Positions 37,001 through 50,100 are shown, numbered from the stretch's first letter. The stretch: 64,000 nucleotides of DNA from Lingula anatina (GCA_051362555.1 CM120640.1:14260001-14324000), one strand, 5' to 3'. Notes: generated from the letters alone by a model not told the origin. Numbers and translations are program-made.

Positions 37001-39360
37001 ACAAGGCAACTGGACCCAGGGGCAGCAGAGACCATAGGTTTCTAGCTCGTTGTTTCCAGAAGCTTATTCTGAATTTCACTTGGTGAGTCCAACTGCTCTT
37101 GTGTGATTACAAAAGTTTATAGCTTAAAAAGATTATTGGTTTATTATTTGTGTTTAGTGGCATTTGTATGTATTTTGTAAAAGCCATTTGTATATTGTTG
37201 CAAGAGAAGCTCTTGGTGTATCTTGCTGAGAAAATAAGCAAATTTGTTTATTTAATACTTTGCTTCTTCTGTGTTTTGTGCTTTTCATTTGAAAATGACT
37301 AAATGCATGTAACGAAAAATTTTAAGAACTATACCAGTGTCCATTTAGACTGAAATAACATTTTTATTACTTATGGTTGAAGCACCAAATGATTAGGTGA
37401 GTACCGTATATATTTTTACGATTGCACCTACTTCGAGGTACATGCAATGTAGTGTATTTAATATCTAGTGATTGAATTTTTCTTATATTCAGGTGGGTCA
37501 ATAGAAAAGACCCGGAAGGAAAGAACCTATTCTCTGGTGGATTCCTGGGTCTGGACAACATTGGAGTATTTGACCGCTCCAAGCCATTGCCCCATGGGGG
37601 ACACCTAGAACAGGTGATAATGCTTTCCTGACCTTACTCTAAGATAACATTTATTTTAGTGAAATATTTGGATAACTTAACTTAAGTATCTGTATAACAG
37701 TTTGTTCACTACATCCATTTACTATTTAGAATTAATTTATTGTATTTCTCAAGGCTGATGGCACAGCATGGATGGCTTTCTTCTGTGTGATCATGTTAGA
37801 TATAGCTCTGGAGCTGGCAGAAGTGGACCCAGTCTATGAAGATATGGCCAGCAAGTTCTTTGAGCACTTTGTGGCCATCATGGATGCAATGAACAAGTTG
37901 TCTGGTGGAAAAGGTAAGGACAAATGATACGTATAAATATATATCTTGTGCCAGGGATTGATTTTTGATAGGTTTGAGGAATAAAAAGGTTTTAGGACCT
38001 AATTAAGAAATATTGCTTCCTTGGAAGATAAGTGTATCATTTCAATGGTGCTTGTGGTGCTTAAAAAAATTCACGAGAGAATTATTTTAAAGGTTCACCA
38101 TATTGAAACTAAATTAATTTCAATTTTTTTTTACATCTTTTAGGTTTGTGGGATGAGGATGATGGTTTTTACTATGACCAAATCAAATTTGGTAGTAAAA
38201 CTGAAATATTAAAATTGCGCTCCATGGTGGGTTTGGTTCCACTTTTCTCTTGCCTTGTGCTGGAAGAATCTAGAATCAAGAAGTTGACTGGATTTTACAA
38301 GAGGACAAAATGGTTTCTGGAAAATAGGAAAGACCTTGCTGACCAGGTGTTTATTGCTAAATCATGATTTTCTAGTATTTTTTAAACCACATTGATTGAC
38401 TATTGAATAAATTTGAATATGATTCCACTCAAAAATTCAAATTGTTTCTCTCAGATAAAAACATCTTTAATTTGTATTTTGGATTCAATATTTCATGGGA
38501 ATAAGTGTTTGTTATTTTTCAGCTTAAAAAAAGACCTTTTGATTGAGAAATTGACTAAAGCACACTAACTTGTCACAAACCAATTGTTATGTTTGAAGTA
38601 CTTTTAAGTTAAAACAATGACTGTAGTTTAGTTTATAAGGTTGATGAAAAATTATATTGTCACTCTTTACCTTTAAGTGATGAATAAAGGAAGATGTCAT
38701 TTCTGTTATAACAGATTTCCTTAATGACCACAGAGACAGGCAACAAAGAGAATCTCCTGCTTGCCATCCCAACAAAGGAGCAGCTGGTGAGAGTGTTGGA
38801 ATATCTGTTAGATGAGAAGGAATTCCTGTCTCCATATGGTATTAGGTCTCTGTCCAAGGTAAAATGACCACTGTGATGGCTTCAGTGTTTTGGGCTTTTT
38901 GAAAGCTGATGTCTTACTTGATATTATACCCCTTTCTCTGGATAGACAGAAATTGTGTTGCTTTTGTAGTTATCAATTCAACATGTTTGTCCAAAACTGA
39001 AATATATAGTTAAAATCTTATTTGTGAATTTATTTGAACATGTAAAGTATTTAAGAAATTTGAGCCTTGTTGCATTTTTAATCAGTTTTAAATATTTGGA
39101 TGTCATAGAATTTATGATGCATAGTTATGGTGTATAATATGTTCATTTCAGATTTATGAAAAATATCCATTTGTGATGTACTTTGATCTTGATGAGAAGA
39201 GAGTTGAGTACGCACCAGGAGAGTCCACAACTGTGCTGTTTGGTGGCAATAGCAACTGGAGAGGACCCATTTGGTTGTGCAGTGAGTATTGTAGTCATAT
39301 AAATCATTTCAACCCTACACACACACATACTAGTACAAACACACATACACACGCATGCAC

Positions 39361-39416
<56 letters not shown>

Positions 39417-40412
39417 CGTAAAGTTGGGAGGTATGTTGTCTTAATGCCTTTGTAAAATTAAATTGGGTGTGCACACCCATGTGTGTGTGTGCATGCATGT
39501 GTGCATGCATGATTGGTGGTTATTTTTGTAACTGGAGATAGTTTTGATGAAAGGCTCTCTTGTTAATGATTATTTACTTTTGTGCAGATTCTTTCTGTGT
39601 ATAAAATATATTTCTCTTTTTTCCAGTGAACTATTTAATTGTTGAGGTTCTAAAAAGATATGACTTCTTCTATGGTGACTCACTGAAGGTAGACTTTCCT
39701 ACAGGCTCAGGAAACAGCATGAGGCTGAATTCTGTGGCAGACAAGTTGTCAGAAAGATTGACCAGAATATTTCTCCCAGATGAAGATGGCAGACGACCCT
39801 GCCATGGTCAGTATAGATTTACAGAAAAATTCATCATTTAAGAAAAGAAGGAACACCTTTTACTTAATATTTTTAATCAAAATAGTTGAAAGTGTTTAAG
39901 TTATCAAATTATAAGAAAAAAAGAAAACATCTTATATATCTGATCATTCTTTGTGTAGGAAATGCTTCAAAATATGCACAAGATCCCCACTGGAAAGATT
40001 TGGTGTTATTCTATGAATATTTCCATGCAGAAGATGGAAGAGGCTGTGGGGCCAGGTAGGTTCTTTAAGCCAGGATTATTTTTTTCTTCAAATTTCACTC
40101 AATATTTATATTCTTTATTGTCATATAATAATGTTTATTTACTTCATAAAATATCACATTGAATATTTAAGTGCTTCATCATCCGTATGCCAATGTGAAC
40201 ATCTATGTTTAATGAGCTTTAAAGTGGAAAACAATATTTACTTGTACTGCTTTTGCAGTTCATTGCTTTGACTTAATATTGTTCTTGGAAGCTAATAATA
40301 ATAAAAATAATGATAATAATAATAATAATATTATACATTTTGTTTCAGTCATCAAACTGGCTGGACTGCATTGGTTGTGGACTTCTTAAGAGCTTGCATT
40401 CCAGAGAAATAG
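31041..40412 (+). CDS. MGH1-like / GH63-related glycoside hydrolase (yeast YMR196W family, (alpha/alpha)6-barrel glucosidase), complete, 18 exons, 887 aa
   Basis: Exons 31041-31165, 31576-31744, 32874-33048, 33775-33947, 34443-34512, 34784-34933, 35127-35335, 35903-36127, 36377-36493, 36931-37082, 37493-37613, 37754-37913, 38144-38346, 38715-38858, 39152-39281, 39627-39806, 39959-40055, 40349-40412 (2664 nt, in frame, TAG). Family motifs: [113 protein letters not shown]. Confidence 0.93.
33988..34028. repeat. (TTAA)n palindromic microsatellite
   Basis: Direct reading. Confidence 0.93.
39317..39416. repeat. (CA)n followed by (AG)n microsatellite
   Basis: Direct reading. Confidence 0.93.
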
Positions 40413-41000
40413 CAGTACAGCCTTATGTAGGAAAATACCAAACTGTACACTGTGTAAGGTGCAAAGGAGCATTGAAAAATTAGTAAAACTTAAATAGAGT
40501 AAAATGTTTTGTGTGCAATACATGATCTGAACAGCGTCCACATTTTTGCATTCTGCATATAGTGCCAGTACTAGACAATTAACCCAGAATTCTCAATGCA
40601 TTGTTACAAATTTACAGTTGTAAGGTGTAGAAGGTGAGTAATGTTTCTTATTCAAGGCAAGATACTCATTTTTATGTAGTTAAAGCAGAAATTAGAGTTA
40701 ACCTCATGTATGTTTCTTATAGGGTATTTTCATCAGATGAAAGCAATACTCTTGTATTCAAGCAGAATTTTAAAACAAGGCAGCAAAGCTTTCAGACAAA
40801 AAATCAAAAAATAAAGTTGCACGGAATAAGTTATTTTGTTAACTTTGGTGCAATAATACATTGTGCTTAATAGCAAATTAATGCAAATTTTAATTATGCA
40901 CAACAGATAACATGGATGTTAGGAATATGTAACTAGCATAAGGCTTTAGACCCATGAGAGTTCAAATCCACGCACTCTGAAGTGAGTGGGTTTACACCAT

Positions 41001-42302
41001 TTTTATGTACAGACACAGTACAAATCAGCATGATCGGGCCATTATTGTAGAAGTTATGCTGTTTTTTCACTTTTCAGCATATTTTTCACATTTCCTCAGA
41101 TTCAATTCTTAGGCATGTTAACAGTCTCATTATTAAACTAATAAGATACGTAAAAGTTTTTGTTTGACATTTCCTGCATCTTTACAACATTGTTAGTTGA
41201 TTTTGTAAAAATGATGGTAAACTTGTTATTGTGTATTGTGTAATAAAGTTTCAAAAATGGAAATAAACTCGTATCATTGCAGTTTGTCAGATTCAATCAT
41301 TCACTATGTTCAGAATCTCAGAATGGAAGAAATTGGACATTTATCACTGCTCTATTGATATTTTTCCCATCTCATCAATTTTCTTAGTTGATCATATAAA
41401 AATGGCAGTAAACTGTTAATTTTGTTTTATGTTAAAAAATGTTGAAAATGGAAAAAAAAACATTTCAGAATAGTGCTGTCTTGTTTACATTTTGGCATTT
41501 TCAAGTTGTGCCTGAAGACCTTTGCTAGTCACATTTTCTGAATATCCATGATACTAATATTTTATTATTAAAAATTGATGGTCATTATGCTGTTAAACAT
41601 TATGTAATATTGCATCAAAATTTGAAAAAAACCTATTTTGGGCACTGCTCCCATGATGACCATTTAAGAAAAACCATGTCAGTTACTGTTCTCAAACTTA
41701 CAGGAAAGAAACATGGGACTAAAATATAGCTTCAGTAGGCAATGCAATCCGCCAGTTAAACAGTTTTTTTGTGAAATTTTAATTTTTCACATATTGACAT
41801 TTTCAAGGTGTGACTTTGAAGTTCCACAGGCTTGAAGACCCATGCTTGTCACATTTTCTGAAAATCCATGATACGTATATTTTATTATTAAAAATTGATT
41901 GTCATTATGCTGGTAACCATTATGTAATATTGCATCAGAATAGAAGAAAACACAATTTTGGGTGCTGCTGCCATGATGACCATTATGGGAAAACCATGTT
42001 ACTTATGATTGCCAAACTTTCAAAAAAGAAATACAGGACTAAAATGCAGCCTGAGTTGGAAAAGCAGTCTAATTGACTTCTTTTTCTGGAAGTTTTACAT
42101 TTTCAAAGGGTGAACTTGAACTCCCATGGGCCTGAAGCTTTATGTTTGTTACACATTTTACTTACATTGGTATTACCTGTTGAGCATAATTAGAATTTGA
42201 TGTTGAATTTAACATAATGTACTTTTGCATCAGAATTGACAGTAGCCTATTTTGTTATTTCCTGCTTTTTGTCTGTACATTTGACAGCTTTGCTGCCTTG
42301 TT
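41001..42302 (+). repeat. Composite repeat segment, near-identical in three blocks to MYBBP1A intron 11
   Basis: ~41023-41696 matches ~55978-56662, 41821-42049 matches 57014-57242, and 42171-42302 matches ~57500-57640 by direct reading. Confidence 0.9.
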
Positions 42303-42804
42303 AGATAAGACTTCATGAACCTGAGCAGATTATTCCTTTTATTCTTTCAAGACAAGTGCATTTTAGAAATTAAATGTTACTTTATTCCATACTTTATTAA
42401 TTTTATTATTTAATTTTCCATGCTCATGTGCATGCTGGGTTAATTATTTTAGAATTAGTTGGATTAAGACAGCAATTTTTAATATGATGTTGTGAAATAA
42501 AGTTGTAGGTGGGCCTAAATCAGCCAATCTGTACAAAAAAATATCTGGTGAATAATAGAAAATAGGATATCTCATGTTGTACTGCAATGAAATAAATCCA
42601 ATAATATGGCAATCTCAAAACTATAATGTTATTGGTCAGAATAATTTTACATTTTTTAGTATTAATATTCATATTATACAAAATTATAATGCAGATTTCT
42701 TTAAGTAGTCACGGATAAAAGTTAATAAATATTCTGGTCTATTAATGTTTTCATGAATTTTATTAGATGTTTAAAATTTCAAATTCCGTTTCATCAGTTA
42801 TGTA

Positions 42805-45537
42805 ATTGTACCACCAGCGTTAGCGCTGGCGGTACACATGGTTTCGGTCCCGTCCGGATCGTTCCGCCGGCTCCGTTGGCTCCGCCGGCTCCGCCGGACG
42901 GCTACCGTTACCTCTTCTCCTCCTAGACGGTAAGGGCCCCCGTACCCATCTCATGGATTTAGGTCACCTATAATCTCAACTCGTTCCACGTAAAATTTGG
43001 GCTTTGTCGGTATTGGGGTCTGGGTGTGGCACTCATTGCAATGCACCCTTGTCTAAAAATGGCAAAATTAAATGCTAATTATCTACCCTACGGAAGGAGT
43101 TATGGGAAAAATTTCTATAGACGGCTTTCCAAAAGTCATATGTGTAGATTTCAAATATGTCCTTGGATTTGACCTTTGACCTCTACTTCAAGGTCAAATG
43201 GGCCAAAATTTTCAAAAAAATGAAATTTTTTACGAAAAAAAATTTTTTTGCCCTGTTATTCAGACACCACACAGACTTAACCAATAATATTATTGGAAAG
43301 TGTTACCCTTCAGGTCATCTTTCATCTCCATGAATTTGGGGTCAATCGGTGCATTTTCACGGGAGTAGCGGCCATAAGATACCGAAACTGAAAACTGTCT
43401 CTAATTCGGGAACCGTTAATGCTAGAGACCCATTCTTTTTTGCATTTTGTAGAGCATGTAAAGCCCAACACTGAAGGTGGTCTCGGTCTTTTTGTATTCC
43501 ATACGGTTTTCGAGTTACGCTGTATCAAAAAGTACATATTGGTGGTAAAAGCAAAATGTGCAGTACGGTAATGGATAATAAATTTTGAACTCTGGAAAAA
43601 TAAAACATAAGGCTTCTCAAAGCAGACAACTTGTGTTCAAAAATGACATTATTTCATCAAATTTGAACTTCTGAAACTTCAGAGCACCTCCTATTTCAAG
43701 AATTTTGACCAAAATGACATTTTCTTTATTTTAATTAATTTTTTCTGTACGAAATTTAAGGCACATTATGGTAACTCCAAAATTATAACATCTAGTCCCT
43801 TATATCTCCAAAACTGGCAGAGATAGGTCCATAGTTACTATTGAACTTGAATAGGAAGTCATATACTGGCAATCTAAATGTGACCTTGAAATTGACCTTT
43901 GACCTACTTTTCACCATGAACTGAACTTTGCAAATTTTTCTTCCCTTTTATCTCCAAAACTGGCAGAGATAGGTCCATAGTTACTATTGAACTTGAATAG
44001 GAAGTCATATACTGGCAATCTATATGTGACCTTAAAATTGACCTTTGACCTACTTTACACCATGAACTGAATTTTGCAAATTTTGCTTTCCTTTTATCTC
44101 CAAAACTGGCAGAGATAGGTCCGTAGTTACTATTGAACTTGAATAGGAAGTCATATACTGGCAATCTATATGTGACATTAAAATTGACCTTTGACCTACT
44201 TTTCACCATAAACTGAACTTTGCAAAATTTGCTTCCTTTTTATCTCCAAAACTGGCAGAGATAGGTCCATAGTTACTATTGAACTTGAATAGGAAGTCAT
44301 ATACTGGCAATCTATATGTGACCTTAAAATTGACCTTTGACCTACTTTACACCATGAACTGAATTTTGCAAATTTTGCTTTCCTTTTATCTCCAAAACTG
44401 GCAGAGATAGGTCCGTAGTTACTATTGAACTTGAATAGGAAGTCATATACTGGCAATCTATATGTGACATTAAAATTGACCTTTGACCTACTTTTCACCA
44501 TAAACTGAACTTTGCAAAATTTGCTTCCTTTTTATCTCCAAAACTGGCAGAGATAGGTCCATAGTTACTATTGAACTTGAAAAGGAAGTCATATACTGGC
44601 AACCTAAATGTGACCTTAAAATTGACCTTTGACCTACTTTACACCATGAACTGAATTTTGCAAATTTTGCTTCCCTTTTATCTCCAAAAGTGGCTGAGAT
44701 AGGTCCATAGTTACTATTGAACTTGAAAAGGAAGTCATATACTGGCAATCTAAATGTGACCTTAAAATTGACCTTTGACCTACTTTACACCATGAACTGA
44801 ATTTTGCAAATTTTGCTTCCCTTTTATCTCCAAAACTGGCTGAGATAGGTCCATAGTTACTATTGAACTTGAAAAGGAAGTCATATACTGGCAATCTAAA
44901 TGTGACCTTAAAATTGACCTTTGACCTACTTTACACCATGAACTGAATTTTGCAAATTTTGCTTTCCTTTTATCTCCAAAACTGGCTGAGATAGGTCCGT
45001 AGTTACTATTGAACTTGAATAGGAAGTCATATACTGGCATTATAAATGTGACATTAAAATTGACCTTTGTCCTACTTTTCACCATAAACTGAACTTTGCA
45101 AATTTTGCTTCCCTTTTATCTCCAAAACTGGCAGAGATAGGTCCATAGTTACTATTGAACTTGAATAGAAAGTCATATACTGGCAATCTAAATGTGACCT
45201 TGAAATTGACCTTTGACCTACTTTTCACCATGAACTGAATTTTGCAAATTTTGCTTCCCTTTTATCTCCAAAACTGGATTCAAGTCATATACTGGCAATT
45301 TACTGTGACCTTGAAATTGACCCTTGACCTACCTTACGAAGAATTCAAATTTGATTGTACCATATATATTTTTTGCAATAGTTTAAAAATTCTTGTTGAT
45401 TGCATTTTTACAGCTTGTCAAGCACAAAACTGGTGGCTGTGTCCCTTATTTTGTGTATGTGGGGGTCTATAAGAATGCGCTTGCTCCAGCTGGTGGTACA
45501 ATATTTGGAGGCGGTATCGCCTCTCTGATCCTCTAGT
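42805..45537 (+). mobile_element. Non-autonomous Helentron/Helitron2-type element (HINE / DINE-1 / bivalve CvA-like architecture) with an internal tandem array
   Basis: 5' subTIR ATTGTACCACCAGC (42805-42818) with a nearby partial inverted copy GCTGGCGGTAC (42825-42835). GC-rich short repeats (GGCTCCGCC) at ~42845-42905. Central 146-bp array. 3' subTIR GCTGGTGGTACAAT (45489-45502), then stem-loop GAGGCG-gtat-CGCCTC (45508-45523) and CTAG (45533-45536). No transposase ORF. Confidence 0.85.
43803..45335. repeat. 146-bp tandem array, 10 full units plus one internally deleted unit
   Basis: Unit start TATCTCCAAAA(C/G)TGGC recurs at 43803, 43949, 44095, 44241, 44387, 44533, 44679, 44825, 44971, 45117 and 45263 (partial). 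Confidence 0.97.
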
Positions 45538-47191
45538 ATTGTAGCATATTCACATTCAAGTTAGTGTAGCTTTCCATTCCTTGTGCTAGGAAGTTCCTTT
45601 TTTTCCAAAAATTACCATTTGTCTTTGTAGATCTTGACATGCAATTGTTTATGTGCATATATGGTGTAGAATTTGAATAAAATGATCTTCATTGTCTTGA
45701 GGAAATAGTGTATTTGCAATTTTTTTTTTTTTTTTTTTTGAAAAGGCTAACAAATAGTATTTCGATTTTTTTATATGCTGACATTGTGTTAAGTATCACT
45801 GCCTGTCCACATCTACACTGTCCATGTAATCTTTTTCTTCCAATTTTTGTCTGTACATGCGCTAGTTTGAAGGATGTATGTAAAGTAAACATATAAATAG
45901 TATGATAATATATAAAAAATATGGATGGAAAATTCATAAAACTTTATTTCCATTTTGGTATATATAAAGGACCTTTCAAAGGACCAATAATTTTGTACAT
46001 CTGTACAAATAAAATGTCCAACAAATAATTCTATACAAAATGGCGTGTATTCCAAAGTATCAACATTATACATGCTCAGTTGGCAAAGCTTACCAAAACA
46101 AACCATCTGAATTACAAGAAACTTCTCGAGTATTTCCTGTACAAGCTCAGATCAGTTTGCTATACACCAATAGGAATAATATATTACACAATCTTGGCTG
46201 CGTAGCTGCTATGCTTATGAAACCTGCCACAGTAATGAACACGAGTGTGCAATGAATGTTGTCAATTTTTTAAAAAAAATCCAACATGCCTTTGTCAGCA
46301 TTCTATTCTGAATTGAGTCTTGATATATATCAATTTGTCCAATGTCATTCTTAATTCAATGAAATCTCTTATATCTACACATGAGACAACACAAAACTAA
46401 ATCACAATTTACATTCCAACAAAATCTGGGATTTCGAAACATTTCCAAAAATAATACCATTGCATCTTTTTAGAACACAAACATTGTGTTGTGATTTCCA
46501 CACTGTCCCGGCAGCAGCACAAAGATTTTATCCATTTTACTGATACTAAGACACAACTTATTTCAATATACTGGAATTCTAATACGACAGCTGGTAAGGA
46601 GCAGTGAAAAAGTATCTGACATTCATATCACATACAACAAACAATGCTTTACTATCTGCAATGGCCGGAAGATATGCTTGCATTGCACTGCGACTAGGAC
46701 TGATACAGTTTCAACAAAAGAGACCATTTCTTAGATCTTCTACTTGGAATTTTGGCCCTTTACCCTGAACTGTACTGAATCATGCAATTATTCCTGCTGC
46801 CAATGTATCTATAGACTTCCTGCAGATCTTTTTATTAATTCAGTGTTTTTTTTCTTTGTTTATTCAATCCTACAAAAGGGTATCAGCTGACCTACTGTTC
46901 ACTGACATAAAACCTGAAACAAAATAAGACATAGCTTTTAATCAACATAGCATCACATATACACAATAGTGGGTGCACAGCTTCCAAAAATGAACCAAGT
47001 CAAAAATCATTTTTTCAATCTCTATAATTACTTGTTTTATATTCACTTTTCATTTTATAAGCATTTAATCGAACACATTTTGTTGCTTATCAAAAATTTA
47101 CAAGCCAGCATAAACCTAGATCATTATTTCACTTTCTAAAGGCAAAACATCTGTACCTGTTATTCAATACACTAAGTTTTCCTCTGTTTTA

Positions 47192-50100
47192 CTAATGTGA
47201 TGTTTCGTCACTGGCTGTGTAATCATCTGGTTTGGCCTCCCTTGGTTTGCCAGAGCCAAATATGCTTGAATTTCTAGAAGGTTCTGATTGGGCAACAGGG
47301 TCTTTCTTGGTTCTCGGGAGCAGTTTTAACTTTGGCCTGGCAGCTGCACTTTCTAGAGATGTGATTGAAAATGTGTTAAATTCAACATTTTATTTGTACT
47401 TACATAAGCTATTTGTAAGATAGTTCAAATTTTGCTCAGACAATGAAAACCAAACCTAAAATTTCCTACTATCAAAGAAAAAAAAATCCAATGAAAAGCA
47501 AAAAACAATCTCTAAAGTTGAAGTAAGGGCTAGATTTATAGCTTGATACCCTCATATTTTAACCCTGCTTCATCCTCTATAGGCGAAATTCTTACTAAGG
47601 AATCAACAGGCACCATTTATTATGGTCTTTGGTATAACCAAAATGGTAAACAAAACCAGGGATCAACAGAGACAAGCACTTTGAAATAACTGAATTGCTT
47701 AACACCAAAAGTGGCAACCTAATAGGCTAGATCACTTCATGTGACTGCTTTATATGGGAAGTAGTATACAAAGGTCTTTTTATGAAAGATATTTTTAGAG
47801 TCCTATTGCTGCCTATACCTGGAGATGGCTCCCTCAGCTCTGCTGCTCCTCCACTTCCATCACTATCTCTTCTTGGCCTACGACCACCTCCAAATCCTCC
47901 TCCTCTGTGTTCATGTCTGTCTCTGTCATCATTTCTGTAACCACCCCTACCACCATACCCTCTATCATGATCCCTGTATCCATCTCTATCGCCACGGTAA
48001 CCCCCTCTTCCCCTAGGCCTGTCTTCCCAGTTACCACCACCGCCACCATAGCCGCCGTCCCTGTGGTCATCTCTGTAGCCACCGCCCCCACCGCCACCTC
48101 CTCGTCCTCTTCCACCGCGTCCACCACGCCCTGCAATTATATTACAAGTTTCGTATCAAAAATTTATAGAATTAAATGTTACATTAACTAATGAGAGTGC
48201 TGTTTATGATGGCTAAAAGTGAAAACCTGTATGTGTATAAAATGTTAATGTGTGCAAATACACACATGATTATAGTGCTATAAGCTTAATGTAAGTCAAA
48301 ATCACCGACTGGTAGATGGCAAACAAAATTTTTCTTTCTTTGTCAGGCAAGACAAGAGCTTGTATGCTTACCATAGCCACCTTCTTTTTTCCCTTCAGCC
48401 ACATCTACACGGATTTTCTTATCTTCAAAAATCTGCAAGGGAAGTAATTTACTCAGAGAGGATATTTTCAAAGATCTGCTAGCATTTTTATCATACATCT
48501 AATTTTGAAAATCAGATTTAGAGAAAAAATATATAAAAAGTTGTTTTTGACTTTGAATATGTCACAAACACACCAAAAATATATAAAGCTTTGGAAATAA
48601 TCTTAATAAAGATTGAAGCATATTATTGATTTTTCCCCTGACAATCATAGACCTATAATTCAAATATTAGTATGCAATGACAATTTCAACAAATAATTAG
48701 ACATACTTACTGCACCATCATAAGCTAAAGCTTCTTTTAATGATTCTAAATCAACAAATTCTACATAAGCAAAACCTGAAAAACAAATAAACATTTATAA
48801 TTCATTGTCAAAGAAAATGACCTATCAGATTTAGCTTTGAGTTTTTCATGACTATTAATAGTATTAATTACTATTATTACACCAAAATACTTAACAAATG
48901 TGAAGTACAGTATTTGTTCAGCTACTTCTTATAGATATAAACATTTGTGCAATTGAATCAAGAGATTCACCAACATTTCAAAACATGTAGAAAAGTAAAG
49001 CACAACTGAACAGAATAAACATCAAATACTTTAAAACATTTAAACAAACATATGATACTTTCACTCATAATTATTATACTTTCATTCATACAATAAGTAA
49101 ATAAAAACACAATTTGCCACTCATGGTAAACAGCAACTAGAACCTCGATTTTACCTACCCTTGAATCTGTCTGTATCTCTATCTCTTACTAATCGGACAC
49201 TTTTAACCTAAAACAAAAAAATTTATGAGCATGATCAGTATTCTATAGAAAGAACATACCAAAGGTTTACTGCAGTAAAAATTCACATTTTTATTTTAAA
49301 AAAATCAAAATAAGAAAGATCAGTATTGGTCTTTTTACATAAAAATTCTTGGAACTCTGAAAAAAACATTCTATTAGACTCAGAATAAGAAAATACTAAC
49401 ATTCTTTGGGAGGGGGGGGGGGGTTGCCTCCACTTACTTGTAAATCTTTGAAAATTACTTCCAAGTCTCCCTGCACCAGCATGTTTGGTAGGTTTCCTAC
49501 GTAGGCTGTGAAGGGGGCCTCCGTGGGGAGTGGCTTGGGTCCTCGGCTTCTCCCTCCACCACCATATCCACCTCTGCCTCCTCGATCATAGCCACCCCGA
49601 CCACCGCCTCCGTAGCCACCGCCTCCTCCACCATAACCTCTGTCATAGCCACCCCCATAACCCCTAAAATTGAAAAAAAAAGAAAAAAATTGATCAATTA
49701 AAATTTCAATTTTATAATTAAATTATCATAATTTAAACTCAAAGTATTGCCTGGGTTATGTGTTTTCAATAGCTACATATTAATTTTGCTGCAAGTGGCT
49801 GTAAATTTTCAGGCAAGTCATTGAAAAGTTAGCAAAAACAATTTAATTTTAGATCATATTTTTAAGGACTGCAAATTATTTGGCAGAGGTGGACATCAAT
49901 TTTTCCGAAGACAAGAAAAACTGGCAGCAGTAAACACTATAAACCTGATCTTAAAAGTAGCCTAGGTTGGTCATCTCTTAAATAGCCTAAGTCACTTCAT
50001 GCAGTTTGATTTTTCAAACTTGACAAAGCATCGAACAATTTTCTGTAACTGCACTGAGAAAGTGTTTGCATTTTCTAATTGTTATGAAGAAATGAATGGT

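Noticed and set aside
31041-40412. Bacterial or fungal contamination as the source of the hydrolase gene
   Set aside because: It has 17 canonical introns with host-type microsatellites and shares a promoter with animal BCAS3.
43904-45085. Five similar minus-strand ORFs (MVKSRSKVNF..., MPVYDFLFKF...)
   Set aside because: By-products of the 146-bp tandem array; no protein family signal.
43803-45335. CRISPR-like regular repeats
   Set aside because: Whole units repeat with no unique spacers, there are no cas genes, and the context is eukaryotic.
47834-48136. Acidic/Val-rich ORFs at 47834-48136 and 49497-49697
   Set aside because: Wrong frames of the RGG-rich eIF4H exons.
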